A model generated the notes under the pieces. That model saw only the letters and a program-made list of their open reading frames with translations, was not told the DNA's origin and ran no database searches. From Synechococcales cyanobacterium VAR_4_metabat_354 (GTDB lineage: Bacteria; Cyanobacteriota; Cyanobacteriia; Cyanobacteriales; Chamaesiphonaceae): a DNA stretch of 64,000 nucleotides. The stretch covers positions 32,001 through 96,000 of the forward strand of contig JANOQI010000016.1 in assembly GCA_031414775.1 (NCBI GenBank). Reading direction: 5' to 3'. The position numbers were made by a program, and so were the translations under genes. Of the stretch, positions 52,696-62,755 are shown in pieces; positions within the stretch are counted from its first letter, which is position 1; each line of letters begins with the position of its first letter.

Positions 52696-55600
52696 CTAGG
52701 TGTGATTGATCGGAGCAACCAAAAACTCTTGAATAGTAGCATTGAGTTGCTTGAGTTTAACAGGTTTAGTTAGGTATGCATTGGCACCCGCTGCCAAACA
52801 TTTTTCGCGATCGCCTTCCATGGCCAAGGCCGTTAGAGCAATAATCGGAGTTTCGTCAAATTCTGGCATTTTACGAATATGACATATGGCGGCTAGTCCA
52901 TCCATTTTCGGCATTTGAATATCCATCAAAATTAGATCGGGCAGCACTTGCTGAACTCGATCGTTAGCGCAGCCTTCCAGAATGGAAATTGCTTCTAGTC
53001 CATTTTCAGCCACTAGTATTTGGTATCCCTTAGCCATCAAATAGCTAGAGAAGGTACTGATATTAGCTTGGTTATCCTCTGCTAAGAGAATCAATGATGG
53101 TGTGATTAAAGCGCCCTCAGCTAACTGGAGAGGCGTAACTAAACTATCGATCGATAGTACACTCTGGTGATCGGTAACAGGCCAACAAATAGATGGTAAG
53201 CGCACCAAAAAACAACTACCTTGGCCAATTTCGCTCTCCAGACTAATGGTGCCACCATGTAGTTCAACAATTTGCTTCACCAAGGTCAGGCCCAATCCGG
53301 TACCGGCATATTGACGATTAAGACTACTATCTAACTGGACAAAAGGTCGAAACAACTTACTCTGTTGATGGCTAGCAATCCCAATTCCTGTGTCGATTAC
53401 AGCTAATTCTAGCCAATCTCCATCAACCTCATTTTTTAGTTGAGTCATGCGCAGAGTAACCTGACCACCGACTGGAGTGAACTTGACCGCGTTATTGAGG
53501 AGATTGATCAGCACTTGACGCAGCCGCCGTTCATCCACTGCCAACGGAGTAGGTTCTGGAGGCAACTGTACTTCTAATTTAATTTGTTTATCATGAGCCT
53601 GTTGTTTAACAAAAGATAAACTAGATTGGCACAGCATAGCAACATTGACATTGCTAATATCTAGTTCTAATTTACCAGCGGAAATTTTGGAAACATCCAA
53701 AATATCGTTGATTAGAGATAGTAAATGCTCTCCGCTACGTTCAATCGTGGCGATGTATTTAAGTTGTCGTTCATTTAGAATTCCAAATGCTTGTTCTTGT
53801 AGAATCTCTGACATGCCTAAAATGGCATTCATCGGCGTACGGAGTTCGTGACTCATGTTCGCCAGAAATTCATCCTTAAGACGAGTAGCTCTTTGAAGTT
53901 CAGTGTTAGTTGATTTCAATTGATCGTTAGTTTGCTGTAGTTGCTCTTCTGCCCACTTGCGATCGGTGATATCCATCGCAATACCGACAGTTCCAGTAAT
54001 TTCTCCATTACTATTTCTGATGGGCGTTTTAATTGTTTCGAGCCAGCGGTCTTCAGACTGAGCATTCAATATTTTTTCTTCGACAACTCGGCGTTGACCA
54101 GAGTTAATTACTAATAAGTCATCATCTATGTATTTCTGAGATATATCAGCTGGCCACAAATCCAAGTCATTTTTACCGAGTAATTCTCGAGGTGTACACC
54201 CTAGCTGATCAGCACAAGATTGATTTACTGAAATAAAACGACTATTTACATCTTTCAGCCAAGCCATATGAGGAATATTATTGAGTAGTGCTCCCAGATA
54301 ATTTTGCTGGAGTTGGGCATTTTCTGCCGCTACCTGAGCTTTTTGATAAAGCTGGGCATTTTCTAGGGCGATCGCTGCCTGGGTAGAAAGGAAAGATATC
54401 ACTGTTTCGTTGCTTTCAGTGAAAATATTGGCGGCATGAAGATGCTCTAGATAGACCACCCCCAGCACTCGTCCTTGTTTCAAAAGTGGCAACCCCAAAA
54501 TGCTCTGAGGTTGATACTTAAGCAAATATCGATCAGTATTTGCCAACAGTTTGCCTGCATCACCACAAAAGATTTGCTGATTATTTTTGACCCAGTAAAC
54601 CAATTTTTCGGGGTACTCCATATGATTCAGCAAGGGTGTGGCCAGATCAGTCGAATGAGCTGTCGTAGTTGTACTTAATGCCCGCACTCGCCAATCACTG
54701 TCACTGTCACTGTCACTGTCACTGTCACTGTCACTGTCAGGCAATACTAACAGGCAAGTTTCAGCACCAGAATTTTTCAAAATAATTTTACATAGTTTTT
54801 GCAGGAGTTCTTCCAGATCGATAATGCTAGATAGAGATTGAGCCGATTGAATCACTGAAGCCAAGTCAATGTTGTTCCCTTTTTGAGCACTAGTGCTGTT
54901 AATACTAGAAGCACCGGTGATCGTCGCGAGAGTAGACAAAAGACTAAAGTCTGGTGGCGATTCTACTCTCAAGATCGCTGCCAGGAGATGAGGATAGCGT
55001 TGCTCTAAGTCATCGGTTTTAGCCTTGGCTCCCCACCGGGCATAGCAATAGTAAGCTTCAATTATGTAGGTTGCCGCAATTTTCGTTTTGCCCCAATCAA
55101 GATAAAACTTGGCGGCTAATTCATTGGCTAGGGCTTGATCTTGAATCCAGCTGTTTTCCTTGGCTCCGGCAATAGCCAGATCATAATGTTCGATCGCATC
55201 GGCTTTGTTGCCTAATACACGCTGGTATTCGGCAGTTACTAAGTGCCAACGATGCCGATGATTCATGGGAGCGTGGTCGGCCCATGCTTGGAGTTTTGCT
55301 CGATCAACTACTACTTTTTCTAGACACTGTACCTGTGCCTCTGCCGTCAGGGATGAATACAATTGCAGCTGAGTCAACGCACTATAAAAACAGGACAGCG
55401 TAGTAGCAAACATCCCGATCATGCTATCGGCATAGAACTCGACCAGAACTGCATATTCTGCGGCCTGCTGATATTGCCCAAACAAATAAGCTAAGACAGT
55501 TTTATTGAAAAATAAGTAATAGAGAGCCGTATAAGAATTTGATTGTTGGAGCGTTGACAACGTTTGCGTTTCAGCATAGATCTCCCCATCCAAGCAGCAA

Positions 55601-58600
55601 GGATCATCAGACTGTCCCAGCAAGTTCAAAACAGTTTGATGATAAATTAAATGATAGTTGAGCGCTGTTTCCTGCTTGAGTTGCAACAGCCCCTGACGAT
55701 AGATTTCCATCTTGATAGCTAGAGATGACAATTCATCGCCAACAAAGTAGGAACCAGCACAATATACTAAAGCATTAAATGAACTATTCTCTAGATCTCC
55801 AGTTTCTAAACCCACTTGATATGCCTCCCGGAAAAACGGTAATCGGCTGCGGAGGGGTTCTTTCCAATGGCTAATAAAACTATGGACAATAAAATAAGTG
55901 TGACATTTGGTAGTTATTAATTGGAATTGGTCGAGAATACTCAGAGCTAATTGTCCAAACTGATAGCCCGTATCCAATGCGCCTGCAATCCCGCAGAGCA
56001 CTAGTCCGTAATTAGCGTAGACAAGGGACGAAACCTCACAATTACCATGCTTAAGACATAAATCAATTTGTTTAAAAATCAGTAAGGGCATCAGCATGGG
56101 AGCTGATTGATAAGCAGGGGCAATCAATTGAGATAAAATCCGCATTGTTGCTAGGACGATCGGATCGGTCATCATGGGCAGATCTACTAAACTAGCGATC
56201 GGACGATCTTGCCAGAGTAATTTAGTTTGCTCTAAGGCTTTTCCAATATCCGCTGGTGTCGGCTCTACTGGAAACTCGATCCCCAGCAGCTGGAGCAATT
56301 GCAGTCCCATCTCGATCGATTGACGTAGTTGGCCTTGCGCCTTCGCACCCATAATCTGGATTTCGTAAATCCGAATTCGATCAATTAACTTATCAGTATG
56401 AGCTAGAAATATCGCGATCGATTGCTCCATTTGCTCATAGTCCCCACTCAAATAAGCAACTTCGGCAGCTAATTCATAGATCGATCGAGTTAAATCAGCC
56501 GGAGCGTCCCAACGATCTGCTGGTAACAGCTCCATACAGATCGTCAAATACTGATGTGCCGCACTATAAGCCGTGGATATTTTCGCTTTTTGAGCAGCCT
56601 GCCAATTCAATTGCAATAATCGCTCTTGTTCAGCAGCCTCAGTAATTAAACTACGTCCCATGTTCAATTGGTTGACAATAGCAAAAATCTGCTCTTCTAG
56701 CTCTCTAGCGGAAATATTGCTAAGTAGCAGTTGACCAATTTTCAAGTGGACAGATTTCTGCTGGGCGCTGGGAATCAGCGAATAAGCCGCTTGTTGCACC
56801 CGATCGTGTAAAAAACGATAGGTGACAAGAAGAGGAACAGAAATATCGGGTGCGGCATCAGCATCGGTAAAAAACTTGTAAAGTTCGGAGCGGGGCATAA
56901 TCAACCCAGCCTGTAGCGCTGTTTGCAATGCCAGGGCGATTTGGATAGGCGCTTGATTACTGATCACGGCTAAAGTCTGGAGATCGAACTGCGAACCGAT
57001 ACAGGCCGCCAACTGAAGAATATCTTGAGTGAGAGTTGGCAACTTCTGCAACTGCCCAGCCATAAACTCCACGACATCATCGGTAATTGCCAAAGTTTTG
57101 ATGTGAGCAATATCGCACTGCCAATGCCGGGCGGCTACATCAAAGTTAATATGGCCATCTTGATGTAGTGCCTGCATAAATTGGGTAGCAAAGAAGGGAT
57201 TGCCTTGAGTTTTGCGATCGATCAACTCTGTCAATGGTTGAGCACAGCTCAATTCACACTTCAGAGTATCAGCCACCAACTGATTCAAATCGTCCAATGC
57301 CAATGGATCGAGCAACATAGTATTCACCGTTGCCCCAGATTTTTGGATCTCATTTACGGCTATCATCAAGGGATGAACAGGCGATACTTCCTGATCGCGA
57401 TAAGCCCCAATCACCAATAAATGCTGGATATCTTGTGTCAATATTTGCAATAAATTCAACGAGGCCGCATCAGCCCATTGCAAGTCATCCAAAAAGATCA
57501 CCAACGGTCGATCAACAGTAGCAAACAACCCCAAAAACTTCTGAATCAACAAATTAAAACGATGGTGAGCTGCATTACTTTCTAACTCGGCGGCAGGCAG
57601 CTGTTTGCCAATAATTTTTTCTAGTTCAGGAATTACTTCGATCAGCACTTGAGCATTTTCGCCTACCGCAGCGATGATTTGACTCTTCCAGGCTTGTAAT
57701 TGGACATCCAATTCTGCCAGCAACTGTCCGATCAAATCACGACAGGCTTGCACAAAAGCACTAAAGGGAATGTGGCGCTGAAATTGGTCGTACTTACCTT
57801 TGATAAAATAGCTATGTTGACGGGTAATTGGCTTATAAGCTTCATTAATAACCGCTGTTTTGCCAATTCCCGAAGATCCAGCTACCAGCAATATTTCAGT
57901 CTTGCCGCTGCTGATACGATTCTCCCCTGGAGACGCTACGCGATCGAAGGCTGCTAGTAAGGTTTTCACCTCGGTGGCTCGTCCATAGAGTTTTTCGGGG
58001 ATAATAAAGCGATCACCTAGATCCCGCTCTCCTAAATCAAACTCCGCAATTGCTCCAGTAGCCGACCATTGGCTCAAACATTGCTCTAAATCATATTGGA
58101 GTCCGATCGCACTCTGATAGCGATCCTCAGCATTTTTGGCCATCAATTTAGCAACTAGCTGCGATACTACCGCTGGAATATTCGCATTAATATGATTTAC
58201 TGGCACCGCCTGCTGAGCTAAATGACAATGAATCATTTCCAGCGAATCTGCAACCCTAAAAGGCAATCTGCCGGTGAGGAGTTCATACAAAGTAACTCCC
58301 AAAGCATAAAAATCAGTCCGATAATCAATCCCCCGATTCATCCGCCCCGTTTGTTCTGGCGATAGATAAGCCAGGGTTCCTTCTAATAAATTGGGACTAA
58401 GAATTTCTGGGGTTTCACGAGGTAACAGCGAAGCGATACTAAAATCAATTAGCTTCACCTGTTTAGTTTGTGGATGAATCAGAATATTGGCTGGTTTAAT
58501 GTCTTTGTGGATAATCCGTTCTTTCCCCAGTACTTGCAAAGTAGCGGCCAGTTTAATAGCCAGTTCCAGAATATCCGGTAGTGATAAAATGTGCTTTTGA

Positions 58601-58911
58601 ACATACTGATCTAGAGCAATTCCGCCAAAATCTTCCATCACCAAAGCATAACCGCAATCTTCTAAACCATAGCAGCGCACAATTCCCGGCACATTCAAAT
58701 TTTTAGCAATCCCATACTGATGCTGAAAGTTCAGTAAATCTTGGTAGGTGGCATTGGCTGATGACAAGAACTTAATCACCACCGGCAGCGACGATGCACC
58801 CAACTCGAAATTTATTTTTTCGGCTCGAAACACTACAGTTTTCGAGCCACAGTAAATTTCCTCAACTAGACGATAGCCTGGAAGATTAATGTTACAGCTT
58901 GCATTAGTCAT
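52696..58911 (-). CDS. Hybrid Ser/Thr kinase - AAA ATPase - GAF - PAS - His kinase - receiver protein
   Basis: HKDIKPAN, DFSIA, YLSPEQTGR; GSSGIGKT, FLDDLQWAD; MSHELRTP, NAVKFT, GTGLGL; LAEDN, DIQMP; likely ATG 58911. Confidence 0.92.
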   Translation of the reverse strand: MTNASCNINLPGYRLVEEIYCGSKTVVFRAEKINFELGASSLPVVIKFLSSANATYQDLLNFQHQYGIAKNLNVPGIVRCYGLEDCGYALVMEDFGGIALDQYVQKHILSLPDILELAIKLAATLQVLGKERIIHKDIKPANILIHPQTKQVKLIDFSIASLLPRETPEILSPNLLEGTLAYLSPEQTGRMNRGIDYRTDFYALGVTLYELLTGRLPFRVADSLEMIHCHLAQQAVPVNHINANIPAVVSQLVAKLMAKNAEDRYQSAIGLQYDLEQCLSQWSATGAIAEFDLGERDLGDRFIIPEKLYGRATEVKTLLAAFDRVASPGENRISSGKTEILLVAGSSGIGKTAVINEAYKPITRQHSYFIKGKYDQFQRHIPFSAFVQACRDLIGQLLAELDVQLQAWKSQIIAAVGENAQVLIEVIPELEKIIGKQLPAAELESNAAHHRFNLLIQKFLGLFATVDRPLVIFLDDLQWADAASLNLLQILTQDIQHLLVIGAYRDQEVSPVHPLMIAVNEIQKSGATVNTMLLDPLALDDLNQLVADTLKCELSCAQPLTELIDRKTQGNPFFATQFMQALHQDGHINFDVAARHWQCDIAHIKTLAITDDVVEFMAGQLQKLPTLTQDILQLAACIGSQFDLQTLAVISNQAPIQIALALQTALQAGLIMPRSELYKFFTDADAAPDISVPLLVTYRFLHDRVQQAAYSLIPSAQQKSVHLKIGQLLLSNISARELEEQIFAIVNQLNMGRSLITEAAEQERLLQLNWQAAQKAKISTAYSAAHQYLTICMELLPADRWDAPADLTRSIYELAAEVAYLSGDYEQMEQSIAIFLAHTDKLIDRIRIYEIQIMGAKAQGQLRQSIEMGLQLLQLLGIEFPVEPTPADIGKALEQTKLLWQDRPIASLVDLPMMTDPIVLATMRILSQLIAPAYQSAPMLMPLLIFKQIDLCLKHGNCEVSSLVYANYGLVLCGIAGALDTGYQFGQLALSILDQFQLITTKCHTYFIVHSFISHWKEPLRSRLPFFREAYQVGLETGDLENSSFNALVYCAGSYFVGDELSSLAIKMEIYRQGLLQLKQETALNYHLIYHQTVLNLLGQSDDPCCLDGEIYAETQTLSTLQQSNSYTALYYLFFNKTVLAYLFGQYQQAAEYAVLVEFYADSMIGMFATTLSCFYSALTQLQLYSSLTAEAQVQCLEKVVVDRAKLQAWADHAPMNHRHRWHLVTAEYQRVLGNKADAIEHYDLAIAGAKENSWIQDQALANELAAKFYLDWGKTKIAATYIIEAYYCYARWGAKAKTDDLEQRYPHLLAAILRVESPPDFSLLSTLATITGASSINSTSAQKGNNIDLASVIQSAQSLSSIIDLEELLQKLCKIILKNSGAETCLLVLPDSDSDSDSDSDSDSDWRVRALSTTTTAHSTDLATPLLNHMEYPEKLVYWVKNNQQIFCGDAGKLLANTDRYLLKYQPQSILGLPLLKQGRVLGVVYLEHLHAANIFTESNETVISFLSTQAAIALENAQLYQKAQVAAENAQLQQNYLGALLNNIPHMAWLKDVNSRFISVNQSCADQLGCTPRELLGKNDLDLWPADISQKYIDDDLLVINSGQRRVVEEKILNAQSEDRWLETIKTPIRNSNGEITGTVGIAMDITDRKWAEEQLQQTNDQLKSTNTELQRATRLKDEFLANMSHELRTPMNAILGMSEILQEQAFGILNERQLKYIATIERSGEHLLSLINDILDVSKISAGKLELDISNVNVAMLCQSSLSFVKQQAHDKQIKLEVQLPPEPTPLAVDERRLRQVLINLLNNAVKFTPVGGQVTLRMTQLKNEVDGDWLELAVIDTGIGIASHQQSKLFRPFVQLDSSLNRQYAGTGLGLTLVKQIVELHGGTISLESEIGQGSCFLVRLPSICWPVTDHQSVLSIDSLVTPLQLAEGALITPSLILLAEDNQANISTFSSYLMAKGYQILVAENGLEAISILEGCANDRVQQVLPDLILMDIQMPKMDGLAAICHIRKMPEFDETPIIALTALAMEGDREKCLAAGANAYLTKPVKLKQLNATIQEFLVAPINHT
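54695..54739. repeat. (TCACTG)7.5 microsatellite encoding (DS)7D
   Basis: Perfect hexamer tandem array read directly from the sequence. Confidence 0.95.
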
Positions 58912-59049
58912 AATTAGTGATGAGATTTTGCTGATGTCCAATAACTTTTTCCTCACCGGAGTGTTGTCAAAGTATTAGTTACTGAATTTAATGTTCCCGA
59001 TTATTTCCACAGTATTATTATAGACAAGATAAAACATTAGTTTTGAGTT

Positions 59050-60651
59050 CTAAATATGACCAACAACTTGGTACACGTGGCACTGTTGAAACAGATCCAA
59101 CAAATCAGCATTAATTTTTTGCTGGGCAGCTTCCTGCTGGAGAATGGCTAAACTTTGATCGATCGATAGTCGAGCTTTATACGGTCGATCGCTAGCTGTC
59201 AGGGCATCATAAATATCAGCGATCGCCATCATCTGCGACTGAATCGGAATATCAACTGCTGTTAGCCCTTGAGGATAACCCGTACCATCCAGCTTTTCAT
59301 GGTGCGAGCGGGCAATCTGGGGCACCCCTTGCAAGTGCTTCGTCCAGGGAATTTGTTTGAGAAAATCGTAGGTGTGAACCACATGCGATTGAATCTGTTC
59401 CCGTTCAGCCACCGTCAGACTACCTCGGGGAATCAGTAATTGCTCAATCTCCACACTGGTAATTACTGGTTGCCAATGGCCGTCTAGATCTTGGTAACTA
59501 CAAACTGCCAATTCTTGCAAATCCCGCGTAATATCTTCAATACTCTCCACAAAATCACGGCGACGCAGAACTTGCGGCTCATTCAGCTGACTAATTAAAT
59601 CCCAATGCTGCGCTAACCGGTCGAGCTTAATTTGGAGAGATTGGTCTAAAATTTGAGCCTGTTGACAATGAAGACAATTAGCCTGTGGCTGATGAACAAA
59701 ACTGCCAGTTAATAGCTGTTGATATTTCTGGTGGGCGCACTCCGTCTGCCATTGTCGCTGCATCAATAACATACGATCGCGGATGGATTGTAGTTGTTCA
59801 GGGTATAGTTTTTTTTCTTTGTGCAAAACCGACTCTGCCACGCCCACTTTGCCAAAATCATGCAACAGTGCTGCATAACGAATTTCTTGCAGCTGCGGAG
59901 CGTTAAAAAAGATCGATCGCAAACTACCCTGGCGAGCAGCGTGAGCTTCTTCCGCTAACCGGACGGTCAAGTCGGCTACCCGCTCCGAATGTCCTGCTGT
60001 GGCCGGGTCACGAGCTTCAATTACCTGCACAGAGGCACGGACAAAACCAGCGAATAGATCCTCGATACTTTCTTGCAGCTGATGACGCTCGATCGAGATC
60101 GCTGCTTGCGAAGCCAAAGCCGCAATGATTTGCTGCTCTCCTGCCGAATAAGTCTGAGTAATTGTCAAAGCATTAACAGGCGTAATGATTTGGTCGGCTT
60201 GCTGTTTACGATTGATCAGCTGCAAAACTCCAATCGTCTCACCCGCTTGGTTCTGCATTGGCAACACCAACACCGAAACAGTCCGGTAGTTAAAATCTTG
60301 ATCGAAACGTCGATCGAGCTGATAAGCTTGATCGACGCTTTGATCATAAGCATCTGAAATATTCAGGCTCTGGCCAGTACTGGCCACATAACCAGCCAAA
60401 CTATCTAGTGTCAGTGGCATCCGCGCTTCTTGAAAAGAAACTTGCGGTAAAGAAGACGTTTGCGCCGTCTTGAAAATCAATTCAGCTGGGGTGGTTGATC
60501 GATCGATCAAATAAATACTACCCGCGTCACTACAAGTAATTTCTCGACTGCTCGTCAAAATCAGGTGGAGCAGTTCATCCAGGCCATGGTTGCCAGACAG
60601 AGCACAGCCGATCGCTAGTAATTGTTCGATTATTGCGGGCGAGTCCACCAT
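59050..60651 (-). CDS. GAF plus HD-GYP domain phosphodiesterase
   Basis: GVLQLINRK (GAF), GHSERVA, LHDFGK, HHEKLDGTGYP, ADIYDALT..RPYK. Confidence 0.9.
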   Translation of the reverse strand: MVDSPAIIEQLLAIGCALSGNHGLDELLHLILTSSREITCSDAGSIYLIDRSTTPAELIFKTAQTSSLPQVSFQEARMPLTLDSLAGYVASTGQSLNISDAYDQSVDQAYQLDRRFDQDFNYRTVSVLVLPMQNQAGETIGVLQLINRKQQADQIITPVNALTITQTYSAGEQQIIAALASQAAISIERHQLQESIEDLFAGFVRASVQVIEARDPATAGHSERVADLTVRLAEEAHAARQGSLRSIFFNAPQLQEIRYAALLHDFGKVGVAESVLHKEKKLYPEQLQSIRDRMLLMQRQWQTECAHQKYQQLLTGSFVHQPQANCLHCQQAQILDQSLQIKLDRLAQHWDLISQLNEPQVLRRRDFVESIEDITRDLQELAVCSYQDLDGHWQPVITSVEIEQLLIPRGSLTVAEREQIQSHVVHTYDFLKQIPWTKHLQGVPQIARSHHEKLDGTGYPQGLTAVDIPIQSQMMAIADIYDALTASDRPYKARLSIDQSLAILQQEAAQQKINADLLDLFQQCHVYQVVGHI

Positions 60652-60664
60652 CTTGAAACCAATA

Positions 60665-60958
60665 CTAGGTATTGGAAGGAGTTTTATCGAGGGTGACTTT
60701 AATCGCTAACGCCACTAAACCAATGCTAATAATTGCAAATATCCCAGTGCCCAAGGCTGTGATGCCCGTCACTAAAGTCCGCACAGCTGTGCCAATATTC
60801 ATGGCCATAGTGCTAGTACTATGTACCGGTCTAGCTGCAAAGGTGGTTGCAATTTTGCTAGTCATCCAATACATCATCAAAGTCATGATCGCCCCGACGG
60901 AGGCTCCCAGCAAACAATTGACGGCACTAGGCAAAGGAACATTGGTTTGGTCTTTCAT
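60665..60958 (-). CDS. DUF3082-like membrane protein
   Basis: SKIATTFA..P......NI..AVRTLV.G...L.TGIF. Confidence 0.7.
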   Translation of the reverse strand: MKDQTNVPLPSAVNCLLGASVGAIMTLMMYWMTSKIATTFAARPVHSTSTMAMNIGTAVRTLVTGITALGTGIFAIISIGLVALAIKVTLDKTPSNT

Positions 60959-60986
60959 AGCAAGAGATTAAGTTGTTTGGACTATT

Positions 60987-61934
60987 TTAGCCTGTCGGTT
61001 CCAAGTGCACCCCCTGCGTCGAGAAACGAGTGACAAACAACTCTAATTCTGGATCGGGCAAAGCAGCACGGACTTGACTCGCGATCGACTGAGCCTGTTC
61101 TAAATCCTGAGCCAAAGCAAAGACAGTTGGGCCAGACCCAGACATCAACACCCCTAAATTATCAGTCTTCCCAAAAGCAGCGCGTAAATTAGCTACCAAC
61201 GAATATTCGGGCAATACTACTTTTTCCAGATCATTGTAGAGCAGCTGACCAATCTGGGCTAAATCTTGCTGCATAATGGCTTGCACCATCTGACCAGAAT
61301 GTACCCGCCCTGACCGGCTGCGGCGATCATCACCATGGGCATAAGTATGGGCAAACTGCTGCCGATAGGTCTGATAAGCCCAGGGAGTCGAGACACTAAT
61401 ATTACGGTATTTACCTAATACCACCGCTCCCTGACCAATAGCAGGCAAAGAATCGATCTTTTCACCCCGCCCGGTCGCGATTGCCGTGCCCCCACTAATA
61501 CAAAAAGGAACATCGGAACCTAATTCGGCTCCTAATGTTTGCAGTTCCGCCTGAGTTAAGCCTAAATTCCAGAGCAGATTCACGCCGACTAACACCGCCG
61601 CCGCATTACCGGAACCACCGGCCAAACCTGCTGCCATCGGAATGCGTTTGTGCAAAGTAATCTCGACTCCACCATGCCTCTGCCAATCTTGAGGAAAACG
61701 CTGACGCAAAAGATCTGCCGCCCGGTAAGCCAAATTGGTATGGTCTGGGGGCACATCTGGCTGGCTACAGTGCAGGATAATTTTATCCACCGCCAGCGAT
61801 CGTACTTCCACCAGATCGGCTAATTCCACACTTTGCATAATCATGGCCAGCTCGTGAAACTGGTCGGAGCGTAAGCCAATAATTTCTAGGTGCAAGTTGA
61901 TTTTGGCTGGTGCCAGGAGCTTGTAAGTAGTCAT
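60987..61934 (-). CDS. ispE: 4-diphosphocytidyl-2-C-methyl-D-erythritol kinase
   Basis: APAKINLHL, KRIPMAAGLAGGS, LGSDVPF, MSGSGPTVF. Confidence 0.96.
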   Translation of the reverse strand: MTTYKLLAPAKINLHLEIIGLRSDQFHELAMIMQSVELADLVEVRSLAVDKIILHCSQPDVPPDHTNLAYRAADLLRQRFPQDWQRHGGVEITLHKRIPMAAGLAGGSGNAAAVLVGVNLLWNLGLTQAELQTLGAELGSDVPFCISGGTAIATGRGEKIDSLPAIGQGAVVLGKYRNISVSTPWAYQTYRQQFAHTYAHGDDRRSRSGRVHSGQMVQAIMQQDLAQIGQLLYNDLEKVVLPEYSLVANLRAAFGKTDNLGVLMSGSGPTVFALAQDLEQAQSIASQVRAALPDPELELFVTRFSTQGVHLEPTG

Positions 61935-62746
61935 GCAATTCGGGGTAGCAAATTACTTAATTCTACCCACTGATTGACGCTCAAATCCTCAGCTCGATCG
62001 GATGGATCGGCACCTAAACCCACTAGAATCTCGCCTAATAGGTCTCGATCGATCACCGATTGCAAATTATTGCGGAGCATTTTGCGCTTGCTACTAAAGC
62101 CCAACCTAACCAAAGTATCTAACCAAGCTGGCTGCCGCGCGGTAATTGGGCTCGGACGAGGAATAATTTGAATTACTGCCGAATCTACTTTGGGCGGCGG
62201 CGAAAAGTCCCGCGCCAACACCGGACAAACCAGCACACAATCGGCCAAATATTGCACCCGGATCGTCAGGGCACCAAAGGCTTTGTTTCCCGGTTTGGCA
62301 GTGAGCCTTTGCGCCACTTCTTTTTGCACCAAAATCGTAATGCTGGTAAATGGTCGCACTGCGGGCTGGGCAATATTCCCCAGTAGCTTTTCTAGGATCG
62401 GGCCGGTGATATTGTAAGGAATATTAGCAACCACCTTAGTGGGCTGCTGAAATTCTGGCCAAGCAGCTAATTGTTGGTCTAAGTCGGTAGCGAGAAAATC
62501 ATTTTGGAGCAGCAAAAAGTTCTCATGCTTGCCCATTTTTTTGACCAGATGGGCACAGAGATCTCGATCGATCTCTACAGCCACCACGGCCTGAGCCGCT
62601 TTAATTAATCTAGTCGTCAGCACTCCCATGCCCGGACCAATCTCTAACACCCGCTCTTGGTCGCCAACAGCAGCCGCTGTCATGATCCGATCCAAGATCC
62701 GGTCATTACGCAGCCAATGTTGGCCAAACTGTTTTTTTGTTCTCAC
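61931..62746 (-). CDS. rsmA: 16S rRNA m6,2A dimethyltransferase
   Basis: KKQFGQHWL, LEIGPG.G.LT, VANIPYNIT, PPPKVDSAV. Confidence 0.96.
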   Translation of the reverse strand: MRTKKQFGQHWLRNDRILDRIMTAAAVGDQERVLEIGPGMGVLTTRLIKAAQAVVAVEIDRDLCAHLVKKMGKHENFLLLQNDFLATDLDQQLAAWPEFQQPTKVVANIPYNITGPILEKLLGNIAQPAVRPFTSITILVQKEVAQRLTAKPGNKAFGALTIRVQYLADCVLVCPVLARDFSPPPKVDSAVIQIIPRPSPITARQPAWLDTLVRLGFSSKRKMLRNNLQSVIDRDLLGEILVGLGADPSDRAEDLSVNQWVELSNLLPRIA

Positions 62747-62755
62747 AGATCAAAT

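Noticed and set aside
58430..58450. DFS instead of DFG in the Ser/Thr kinase, suggesting a pseudokinase
   Set aside because: DFSIA is usual in this cyanobacterial kinase family
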